From the IMG/VR virus record IMGVR_UViG_3300037419_000575: a stretch of DNA of 45,725 nt; one strand, 5' to 3'. This document shows, piece after piece, positions 38,616 to 45,725 of this stretch (the stretch's first letter is position 1; each line of letters starts with the position of its first letter). Both the position numbers and the translations under genes were made by a program. The notes below the pieces were generated by a model. That model searched no databases. It saw nothing but the letters and a program-made list of their open reading frames with translations, and was not told where the DNA came from. Origin of the DNA: a virus.

Positions 38616-41600
38616 TTATGGTTGGGTGTCAGGCGTTGCCTGGTCGTCGCCAGTGAGCCCGAGCTGCTGGAACAGCTCCTGAGTCTGCTGGTCGACGGTG
38701 CCGTCGCTGAGCCCCTGAAGGAGCCCTTGATCCCAGACCTGATTGGCCGCCACGCGGCGGGCTAGGTCGTGGTCCTCGCGGACCAGCTCCATGCCGGCGA
38801 GATCGCTGTAGCCGCTCATCTCGTCACGGATCGCCTGGACCTTCCCGGCGCGCGGGAGGGCCTGGTATTCCGGGAGCTTGATGAGGGCGTCGAGCGCCTC
38901 CTTCATCGTCATGCCGGTCGACGGCTTACGCACGACCTGGCCTCGAAGCTCGAGGTAGCGGCTGAACTGAGCGGAGTTCAGACGGACGCCGTGGAAGGAC
39001 CGCGTGGGCCGCCCGAGATCGAAGCTCAGGCGCTCCATCTCCGCGTGGAGCGGATCGTCGATGTCCGACGGACCCGGACCGGCCTTGAGGCCGATCAAAC
39101 GGTCGCCAGACTCGACGGGAACCGGGTCGCCCAGAGCGTCCCGCTTGATGGGGAGCTTAGGGGCACCGAAGGAGTTCCTGAGGAGCCCTTCCCAGATGCC
39201 CGCCGCCTCGTGATCGACGCCCTGTTCTCCGCGGGTCAGGGACCGCTGGATGCCGGAGGCCGGAACGAAGCGAGTGGCGAAGCTCTGGAGGTAGCGGCCC
39301 CATCCGTCGGCGCTCTGGCCTTCCTTGGTGCTCGACGCTAGGTCGACAAGGTCACGGAGAGAGGTCAGCCACGTCTTCGACAGGATGTTGGCCTGAGTCG
39401 CCCACACGGCTGCCTCGATGAGCTGCTCGGGAACCGCTCCGCGCTCTGCGGGGGGTTTCGTCTGCTCGTCATCGAGATAGGCCCGGAGATCGGCTCCCCA
39501 TCCCAGAAGCGTGCCTAATGGGTCGAACCGCTTGAACTCGATCACGTCGTCCCCGACCCGGAGCGAATAGCTCGGGCGGGACAGACGGGCGGAGCTGGTG
39601 TAGTCGCCGTCGTTGCCGACGATCCCCCGGTCCTCGGCCATCTGGAAGGCCGTGTAGACCATCAAGGTCCCTAGGCCGATCCTGGCGAGCGCTTCGTCCC
39701 GACGCGGCCCACCAGCCATGATGTCCGCCCTCACCCGGTCCTTCATCAGGCCGAGCGGGGTGTAGTCGATGGCGGTGCGCTCCAGGATGCGGAGCGGCGT
39801 CTTCACGAAGGGAACCAAGAGATGGAAGAACGGAGTCCGGCTCATGGCCGACGTGACGCCACGGAGGGCGCCCGTCTCGAGCGGGTCCTGGAAGAGCGCG
39901 CCGCGCGCCTCCACTTCGCCGGCGGCAAGCGCCGCCTCGCGCTGGCCGGCGGAGTAGGCATCGTCGGCGAAGCCGTCGACGCTCTCCGTGAGCTGGACCA
40001 TGCGTGCCCGCATATACTGGCCGAGGGCCGGACCATCGAGCTGCATCTCCGCGGCTTCGTGCGCGGCGATCCGCATGGCTTCCGCCTGGGCTCCTGCGCG
40101 GGCCGCGACGGTGCCGGCGAACTGATCCGCTCCGTTGACGAAGAGGATCGTGCCGAGCCGCGAGGCTGAGCCGAAGGCGTTGACCGCCGGCCGGACAGCC
40201 GCGAGGAACCATTTGAAGGAGTGCTCCATCAGCGACGGCATCGACCAACTTTCGATGGTCTCGTGCAGCGCCCGCATATCGGAGGCGGTCATGGCGAAGG
40301 CGCGCGAGCGTCCGGAGACGTCGACACGCTCGAAGTTGCCCTTCACACCCTGACGGCCTTCATCGGCCAGAGCAGCCGCCTTGCCGGCGAGCCGCTTGGC
40401 TCCGAAAGCCTCGGCGTTGAGGACGACCTCCTCCATGCCTTCGCGCTCGAGGAGCGACCAGGTGTTGCGGAAGGCTTCCCTCCAGGCGCCCATGATCCCG
40501 TCGACGTAGGCCCAAGTGACCATCGTCTGGACCCGAGCGGCCTGAGCCAGCTCGCGGCTGAAGGGAGAAAGGGCCAGCGCCTTCAGCGAGGCCAGCGCCA
40601 TCGCTGTCCCGCGGAGGCCCTGGATCGCCATTGCGGAGCCCGCGTTGGTGAGGCCGGTTACGGCCGCGAACAGGTTCCCGCGGAGTTCCCCCAAGGCAGC
40701 GTCGAGGCGGTGAAGCGTCGAGCCGGCCTTGGTCCGGGTGAAGCGCGAGAGGTCGCCGATGTCGGCGCCGGTGTCGATCAGCTTGCCGAGGAACAAAGTC
40801 CGCTCGGCGGGGTCGGCCATCCGGGAGACCTGGTCGGTCGCCTTGGCCGCAAGCTCCTGGGCGCCGGTCTTGGCGGCAGCCGCTTCGCTTCGTGCGGAGG
40901 CCTTGAGGCCCGACTTGAGGTCCCTTGCGGCGGTCTTCGCGCCGACCTTCTGGACCATTTGAAGGGTCCTGAGGGCACGTCCGACTTCCGAGCCGGCACC
41001 GCGAAGGGCACCGAGGAAGTAGGCGTGGCGGTGGAACGCCTCGAGGAAGTCGAGCCACTCCTGCTCCCCCTCGCCGCTCTTGGCGGCCTCGAGGGCGCGC
41101 TGAGCGAGCCCGAGGAGCTTCTTGGCGTGCATCCCGACGAGCGTCTGGGAGGCATACATGGTCTCTGCGAGCTTGTCGGTGTGACCGTAGAGGTCCTTGA
41201 GGACGTCGGCGGAGGTCGCCATCACGCGCGCTGCGCGGGCGGTCATCTCTTCAGTGACCACCTCGCCGGTGCGCCCGAGGCGCTTGGCGATGCCCTCGTA
41301 GATGCCTTGAAGGGAAGCGTGGAGCTTCCCAAGCAGCTCGGGGTCATCGAGGGCGCTGAAGTCAACCTTGAGCGGGTTGATCCCCGCGATGCTCGACAGG
41401 CCCTCCGAAGGGTTCGCCCCGAGGGCCTCCGTGAAGGCCTTGATGTCTTCCTCGGTCGCGCCGGCTCCCGCCTTGCGGGCGAGGAAGCTGACGATGTCCT
41501 CGACGGAGGCGGTCTGGTCGGCCGCCGGCTTGGTGTCCCGGAACGGATCGAACTCCGTTCGTGGTTGCGCCGCTGCGGCCGCTTCGTTATCGTTCTCGGC

Positions 41601-42434
41601 GCGCGGTCGGGGCTCCTCAACAGGGGGAGGGGCTTCGACCGGCATCTCTTCTCGAGTGGCCCTGACGGCCGCGTCAGCTTCGTTGAAGGACCCGCGCCAG
41701 GCCCGATAGGCCCGCACTCCGCGCAGCCCCGTCTCGAAGAGAGCGTCGGTGAGGATGCCGACCGGAGCGTTTACCGCGGCCGCCTTGAAGCGGGCCTCGA
41801 GGCGGTTGTCGTCTGGCTCGGACGCGAGCGCGTCGAGCGTCGGATTGTCGATCCCGAAGACGTCCCGCATCGTGTTGGCGAGGTTCGTCTGCTCGGGGTT
41901 CATGGTCAGATCGGCGAGACCGCCGGCGAGCGTCGCGCGCCCTGCCCGGCCAAGCCACGAGGCCGCCTTGGCGATCCCGAGTGTCGTCCCGAAGCCGCTG
42001 AAGGGGACCACGAAGGAGCCGACGGAGCGCACGACGCGCTCGACGGTGCCGGCGTGATCCTCGCCCTTCAGGGTCGGAAGTTCGATCCGGTGTCCCGGCT
42101 GCGCGTTCGCGGCGTTGATCTCCTGCCCGGAGGCGAGACCGATGACGCCGTTCTGGGCGTCGGAGCCGAGGACGATGCCGGGGAGCGGGATGCGCTTGTT
42201 CAGCTCGTTGCCGGCGTCCTCGGTGAGATCGAAGACGCCCTGCGCGGCATCACGGAGAGCCCCAACGGTGGCCCGGAAGAACGAGAACGGGCGGGTCGTC
42301 TGGGACTGCGGGGCGTGGACCGCTGACTGCTCGACGTGGTCGAGCGCCTGGTTGCCCTTCTGCGAGTCCTCAAACTGCCGCTGCTCGGTCTCGAGCTGGT
42401 TCAGCTCGGCCTGCTCAGCCGGGGTCAATGCCAT
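38616..42434 (-). CDS. large internal virion / ejection protein (gp16-like)
   Basis: 1272 aa. The call rests on size and its position after the gp15-like gene. I recognised no lytic transglycosylase motif. Confidence 0.6.
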   Translation of the reverse strand: MALTPAEQAELNQLETEQRQFEDSQKGNQALDHVEQSAVHAPQSQTTRPFSFFRATVGALRDAAQGVFDLTEDAGNELNKRIPLPGIVLGSDAQNGVIGLASGQEINAANAQPGHRIELPTLKGEDHAGTVERVVRSVGSFVVPFSGFGTTLGIAKAASWLGRAGRATLAGGLADLTMNPEQTNLANTMRDVFGIDNPTLDALASEPDDNRLEARFKAAAVNAPVGILTDALFETGLRGVRAYRAWRGSFNEADAAVRATREEMPVEAPPPVEEPRPRAENDNEAAAAAQPRTEFDPFRDTKPAADQTASVEDIVSFLARKAGAGATEEDIKAFTEALGANPSEGLSSIAGINPLKVDFSALDDPELLGKLHASLQGIYEGIAKRLGRTGEVVTEEMTARAARVMATSADVLKDLYGHTDKLAETMYASQTLVGMHAKKLLGLAQRALEAAKSGEGEQEWLDFLEAFHRHAYFLGALRGAGSEVGRALRTLQMVQKVGAKTAARDLKSGLKASARSEAAAAKTGAQELAAKATDQVSRMADPAERTLFLGKLIDTGADIGDLSRFTRTKAGSTLHRLDAALGELRGNLFAAVTGLTNAGSAMAIQGLRGTAMALASLKALALSPFSRELAQAARVQTMVTWAYVDGIMGAWREAFRNTWSLLEREGMEEVVLNAEAFGAKRLAGKAAALADEGRQGVKGNFERVDVSGRSRAFAMTASDMRALHETIESWSMPSLMEHSFKWFLAAVRPAVNAFGSASRLGTILFVNGADQFAGTVAARAGAQAEAMRIAAHEAAEMQLDGPALGQYMRARMVQLTESVDGFADDAYSAGQREAALAAGEVEARGALFQDPLETGALRGVTSAMSRTPFFHLLVPFVKTPLRILERTAIDYTPLGLMKDRVRADIMAGGPRRDEALARIGLGTLMVYTAFQMAEDRGIVGNDGDYTSSARLSRPSYSLRVGDDVIEFKRFDPLGTLLGWGADLRAYLDDEQTKPPAERGAVPEQLIEAAVWATQANILSKTWLTSLRDLVDLASSTKEGQSADGWGRYLQSFATRFVPASGIQRSLTRGEQGVDHEAAGIWEGLLRNSFGAPKLPIKRDALGDPVPVESGDRLIGLKAGPGPSDIDDPLHAEMERLSFDLGRPTRSFHGVRLNSAQFSRYLELRGQVVRKPSTGMTMKEALDALIKLPEYQALPRAGKVQAIRDEMSGYSDLAGMELVREDHDLARRVAANQVWDQGLLQGLSDGTVDQQTQELFQQLGLTGDDQATPDTQP
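39505..39521 (-). promoter_or_regulatory. intragenic copy f of the candidate phage promoter
   Basis: The minus strand reads CCATTAGGCACGCTTCT, then GGGA. It matches copy b at 16 of 17 positions. Confidence 0.4.
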
Positions 42435-42449
42435 TGAGGTCTCCGTGGG

Positions 42450-44606
42450 TTATTGGCCGGCGAGCCTCTTGGCTCGAAGCTCCTGGATGCGCTGGACGCG
42501 CAGTTGAGCCGCGTCCTGGCTCTTGGGTGCGAACTTCTGGATCGCGTCGAAGTAGGCTTGCGACGGGGGAGTTCCGCGGCTGACCTCGCTCTTGTAGAAC
42601 GCGATCATGCCGTAGAAGTTGACGTTGCCACCGCCGAGGCTCTTCTCAAGGAAGGTCGTTGGCGCCTTGCCGAACTTCTGCCGAAGCTGGCCGGCGTAGG
42701 TTGCGACCTCGGGGTTCTTGAGGTTCTGCTGCTGGCCCTCATTGTCCGCGGCGCGGAGCATCCGGTAGCGGGCGAGAGCCTTCTTGCCGGAGCCGAGCTG
42801 GCCGCTGTTGAGGGCCTGGAGGTCCGCCTGCGGGCTCGCATCGCTCAGGTCGCCGCTCTGGCGGAGCGCGATACGGCTGCCGACGTCGGCGTCGATCTCG
42901 GCGTCCCGGTCGGCTTGCGCCAAACGATCCTCCGAGCGCTGACGGCTCTCGGCTTCCTGCTGCTGGTTGACGATCCAGTTCTCCATCGAGAAGGCGAACT
43001 GCGGGTCGATCAGGCCCTTGTGGGCCGCGTCCCGGAGGAAGCCGATGGACGGCTTCTTGTCCGACTCGAAGGCGAGAAGCACCTGATCGGAGTTCTTGTC
43101 CCAGAGCTGCTTGCGGGCGTTGGCCGCGTCGATCCGAACCTTGTCCGTGATCTGGTCGCGGGCCTGCTGGATCACCGCCACCTCGTCAGGCGAGAGCGAC
43201 GGAGTGCCGTCCTTGCGGTGGCTCTCCTCGAGCCCTTGAAGGAGCCCGATGTCGCCACGCTGATTGGCCTCGTTGATGAGGCTCTGGATGAGGAACTTCT
43301 TGGCCTCGCCCTTGTCGATCCCCGGCGGGACGCGAGACATCGCGCCCTCGAAGTCGAACGGCTGCAGCGCCGTGCCAACCTGGTCGCTCGGAAGGGTTCC
43401 CTGAGCGAGCTGCGGGTCATCCGGAGTGGAGACCAGAGGGGGTCCTGAAGGGAGACCGGAAGGGACCGAGGCCGTCGCGAAGTAGTGGCTCGGCGAGACC
43501 TTCTTACCGTTGACCTCGACCGTCACATGGACGTGAGGCCCGGTGGCGTGGCCGGTCTGGCCCGACAGCCCGAGGAGCTGGCCGGCGGCGACGGTGTCAC
43601 CCTGCTTGACCTGCCGCGCGGAGAGGTGGGCGAAGCCGACGATGGCACCATCGGCCATCTTGACCCGGACCTGGTTGCCGCCTCGAGCATTGCTGAAGGA
43701 AGCGATCACGGTGCCCTGCGTGGGCGCCACGATCTGGGTCCCGGTGGGGACCGCGAAGTCCTCCCCGTTGTGCCTCGAGCCGCCCTCGCGGGGCGCCCCC
43801 ATGCCGGACGTCAGGTCGCCCGCGTTGAAGCCCTTGAAGGGCGACAGGGGCTTGGCGCTGGCCGGGTAGTAGGGACTGTAGGTTTGCGTCGTGGGGACCG
43901 TAGCGGCATCCGGGAGGGGCGCCAGCGGGTCGACCTTGACCTCCACGCGGGCACCTACGGGGGCGCCACGGTAAAACTCGTGGACGTTGTTGTTCGCCCA
44001 GGTGTTGAGGAAGGTCGCGTCGGTCTGCTTCTTGATCGCGGCCTGAGCCTGCGGAATGATCGTCGACCGCACCTCTTGCAGCGCGTTGGCGAGCGTCTGC
44101 TTCGCCTGGGGCGTGCCGAAGTCGAGGAGCTTGCCCGACGAGTCCGTGATGTGGGACTTGAAGGTGTCCTCGATGATCCCGTCGATGTCCGCGAGGGTCG
44201 CCGGGTGGTCGCTGTCGTTGAGGCGGTCGGAGACCTTCTGTGAGACCTCGTCGCCGATGTCGATGGCGAGCTTCTTGGCGCCCTCATACTGCCACGCCTG
44301 ATAATAGGCGCTCGACTTGCGGAACTTGTTGGGGTCCTGCGTGCCGGCGGCGAAGTCTAGGGCCGCCTGGCCGGCGTCCTTCTTGTCGTGACTGTCCTGA
44401 ACGTCGTGGACGATATTCTGGCCGACGTCGTTGGCGACGCCGAGGATTTTCGCCAGGGCGTCCGCGTTGTCAGTGTTGGGCCGGTTGATGGTCGCCACGA
44501 CGGGCGAGTCAGGGGACGCGGGGGTCGCCGGCGTAATCGTGTTCGCCACGTCGGCCGTGCGCCGGGGGATCGCTGTCCCCCGGATCACGCGCTTAGAAAG
44601 GTCCAT
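42450..44606 (-). CDS. internal virion protein (gp15 position) with an M23 (LytM) peptidase domain
   Basis: 718 aa. ..SRHNGEDFAVPTGTQIVAP.. (HxxxD) and ..SGQTGHATGPHVHVTV.. (HxH). Confidence 0.7.
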   Translation of the reverse strand: MDLSKRVIRGTAIPRRTADVANTITPATPASPDSPVVATINRPNTDNADALAKILGVANDVGQNIVHDVQDSHDKKDAGQAALDFAAGTQDPNKFRKSSAYYQAWQYEGAKKLAIDIGDEVSQKVSDRLNDSDHPATLADIDGIIEDTFKSHITDSSGKLLDFGTPQAKQTLANALQEVRSTIIPQAQAAIKKQTDATFLNTWANNNVHEFYRGAPVGARVEVKVDPLAPLPDAATVPTTQTYSPYYPASAKPLSPFKGFNAGDLTSGMGAPREGGSRHNGEDFAVPTGTQIVAPTQGTVIASFSNARGGNQVRVKMADGAIVGFAHLSARQVKQGDTVAAGQLLGLSGQTGHATGPHVHVTVEVNGKKVSPSHYFATASVPSGLPSGPPLVSTPDDPQLAQGTLPSDQVGTALQPFDFEGAMSRVPPGIDKGEAKKFLIQSLINEANQRGDIGLLQGLEESHRKDGTPSLSPDEVAVIQQARDQITDKVRIDAANARKQLWDKNSDQVLLAFESDKKPSIGFLRDAAHKGLIDPQFAFSMENWIVNQQQEAESRQRSEDRLAQADRDAEIDADVGSRIALRQSGDLSDASPQADLQALNSGQLGSGKKALARYRMLRAADNEGQQQNLKNPEVATYAGQLRQKFGKAPTTFLEKSLGGGNVNFYGMIAFYKSEVSRGTPPSQAYFDAIQKFAPKSQDAAQLRVQRIQELRAKRLAGQ

Positions 44607-44609
44607 CGC

Positions 44610-45083
44610 TTAGTCCCCTGCGGCTGGCTTCGGGCTGCCTTTGAAGGCCCCCGCGCCTTCCGCGGCGTTGAGACCGGCGAGACCGATCTGGAGGCCGGCG
44701 CCGAGGATCGTCGGCTTGCTGACCATCTTGGAGTTCGCATCGGCGACCACGGCCTGCTTCTTGGCTTCCTTGGTCGCGAGCGACTGCTCGTTGTCGAGGC
44801 TGGCCTGCATTGCTGCATCCTCCTCGAGCGCCTTGACCGAGCCGCTCTCGAGGTTGAGACCGGACTCGCCGGCGGCAACCATGATGCGTCCCATATCGCG
44901 GCGGGCCTGGCGGAGCCGGTTGTCGATGTCCTGCGTGGCCTGCTGGTCGATCTGCTTCTCTTCGACCTTCGCCTGAGCCTTGATGGCGGCGTTGGCGGCG
45001 TTGGCCGACTGTATCTGCCCGACGACGCTGACGGCCGTCGTGGCGACGGCAATGCCAACTGCGATGGTAACTGGATCGCACAT
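44610..45083 (-). CDS. internal virion protein (gp14-like)
   Basis: 157 aa with N-terminal TM (VTIAVGIAVATTAVSVVG). The call is positional. Confidence 0.5.
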   Translation of the reverse strand: MCDPVTIAVGIAVATTAVSVVGQIQSANAANAAIKAQAKVEEKQIDQQATQDIDNRLRQARRDMGRIMVAAGESGLNLESGSVKALEEDAAMQASLDNEQSLATKEAKKQAVVADANSKMVSKPTILGAGLQIGLAGLNAAEGAGAFKGSPKPAAGD

Positions 45084-45571
45084 TATCGGGTCCTCAGGAA
45101 CTCGAGGAACAGCCGCTTCTGCGGGCCGTAGGTCGGGTTCGCTTCAATGATGGAGAAGCCCGCCCACGACAGCCAGTTCATCGACAGCTCGTTGCGAGCG
45201 TCGACGTTGGCCCAGAGGACGGGGTAGAGCTTGTGCATCTCGGCGATGTAGGCCGGCGTCTGGCGCGCCACGCTGAGCCATGCGGTTTCGATACCGGGGC
45301 TCCCGAGGAGCCATGCGGTGCCAATCTTGGGGGCCGCGAAGGGCGCGACCCCGAAGATGCCGATGGGGAGCGAGGTCTCGTCGACGATGAGCCACGAGCG
45401 GATCGAGAGGTCCCATGACTCGAACAGCGCCCAGAACGGGTCCACCTCGTCCCCGAGGCTGGCCTGAACTTCGGCCAGATCGGCGGGACGGAGGTTCTCC
45501 GCGAGGAACTCGAGGGAGTCCCGAATGGTGTCCTCGGGGAGCGTGGAGGTGTCTATCGCGCGGGCGATCAT
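45083..45571 (-). CDS. gp13-position protein (internal virion protein A candidate)
   Basis: The internal ATG at 45571 overlaps the gp12-like TGA (ATGA) and gives 162 aa. The call is positional. Confidence 0.4.
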   Translation of the reverse strand: MIARAIDTSTLPEDTIRDSLEFLAENLRPADLAEVQASLGDEVDPFWALFESWDLSIRSWLIVDETSLPIGIFGVAPFAAPKIGTAWLLGSPGIETAWLSVARQTPAYIAEMHKLYPVLWANVDARNELSMNWLSWAGFSIIEANPTYGPQKRLFLEFLRTR

Positions 45572-45725
45572 AGCGCCCGAGAGAAGTAGATGCCCTCCCA
45601 CTCCGCGGACGTGAGGGTGCTGTTGAAGGCGGTGTCGTTGATGAGGTCGATCCGGACCTGAGCCGCGTCGCCGGCCACCGAGAAGGTGAACGGGCCGTCC
45701 GCATAGGAGCGGGCACCGAGGATTG
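45568..45725 (-). CDS. C-terminal end of the gp12-like tail tubular protein B (partly duplicated by the overlap)
   Basis: Same frame as 1..2165 once 45599..45725 is superimposed on 1..127. The product ends ..EWEGIYFSRAL with TGA at 45568-45570. Confidence 0.85.
   Translation of the reverse strand, partial: ILGARSYADGPFTFSVAGDAAQVRIDLINDTAFNSTLTSAEWEGIYFSRAL
45599..45725. repeat. second copy of the 127-bp terminal overlap
   Basis: Identical to 1..127. Confidence 0.95.

Overview
The window is one complete, circularly assembled genome of a GC-rich T7-like podophage. Bases 1-127 are repeated verbatim at 45599-45725, so the unique length is 45,598 bp. All convincing genes except one 54-codon ORF lie on the minus strand. 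Read on that strand from about 32.3 kb downwards, the order follows T7: a largely non-coding, repeat-rich end region (about 32.35-29.65 kb), then about 20 small early ORFs, many translationally coupled. Next comes a lysogeny-type module (MarR-like wHTH, small coupled ORF, tyrosine integrase, candidate attP), followed by the single-subunit RNA polymerase. The DNA metabolism block holds a gp2.5-like SSB, RusA-type resolvase, GH24 lysozyme, gp4-like primase-helicase, HslV-like Ntn hydrolase, family A DNA polymerase, HNH nuclease and gp6-like exonuclease. A holin/spanin cluster sits inside that block. The structural genes are portal, scaffold, capsid, tail tube A and B (B spans the window junction), internal virion proteins (one with an M23 peptidase domain) and the tail fibre. 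The packaging genes follow, with a second fibre-like gene inserted between the small and large terminase subunits. The long plus-strand ORFs in the track are antisense shadows of these GC-rich genes, and many track ORFs are over-extended at the 5' end by alternative start codons. The main non-obvious signals are: a strand-specific 17-nt motif (core AGGCACGCT) that looks like the promoter set of the phage RNA polymerase, including one copy directly upstream of the polymerase operon; a roughly 2.7 kb repeat-dense end region; GTGCC/GGCAC iterons, a palindrome and a codon-usage break next to int (candidate attP); an AT-rich palindrome-bearing control region upstream of the MarR-like gene; and accessory genes (HslV-like protease, TrxR-like flavoprotein lacking CxxC, NTP-pyrophosphohydrolase-like domain). 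No tRNA, rRNA or CRISPR array was seen. All functional calls rest on remembered family motifs and synteny; no searches were run.
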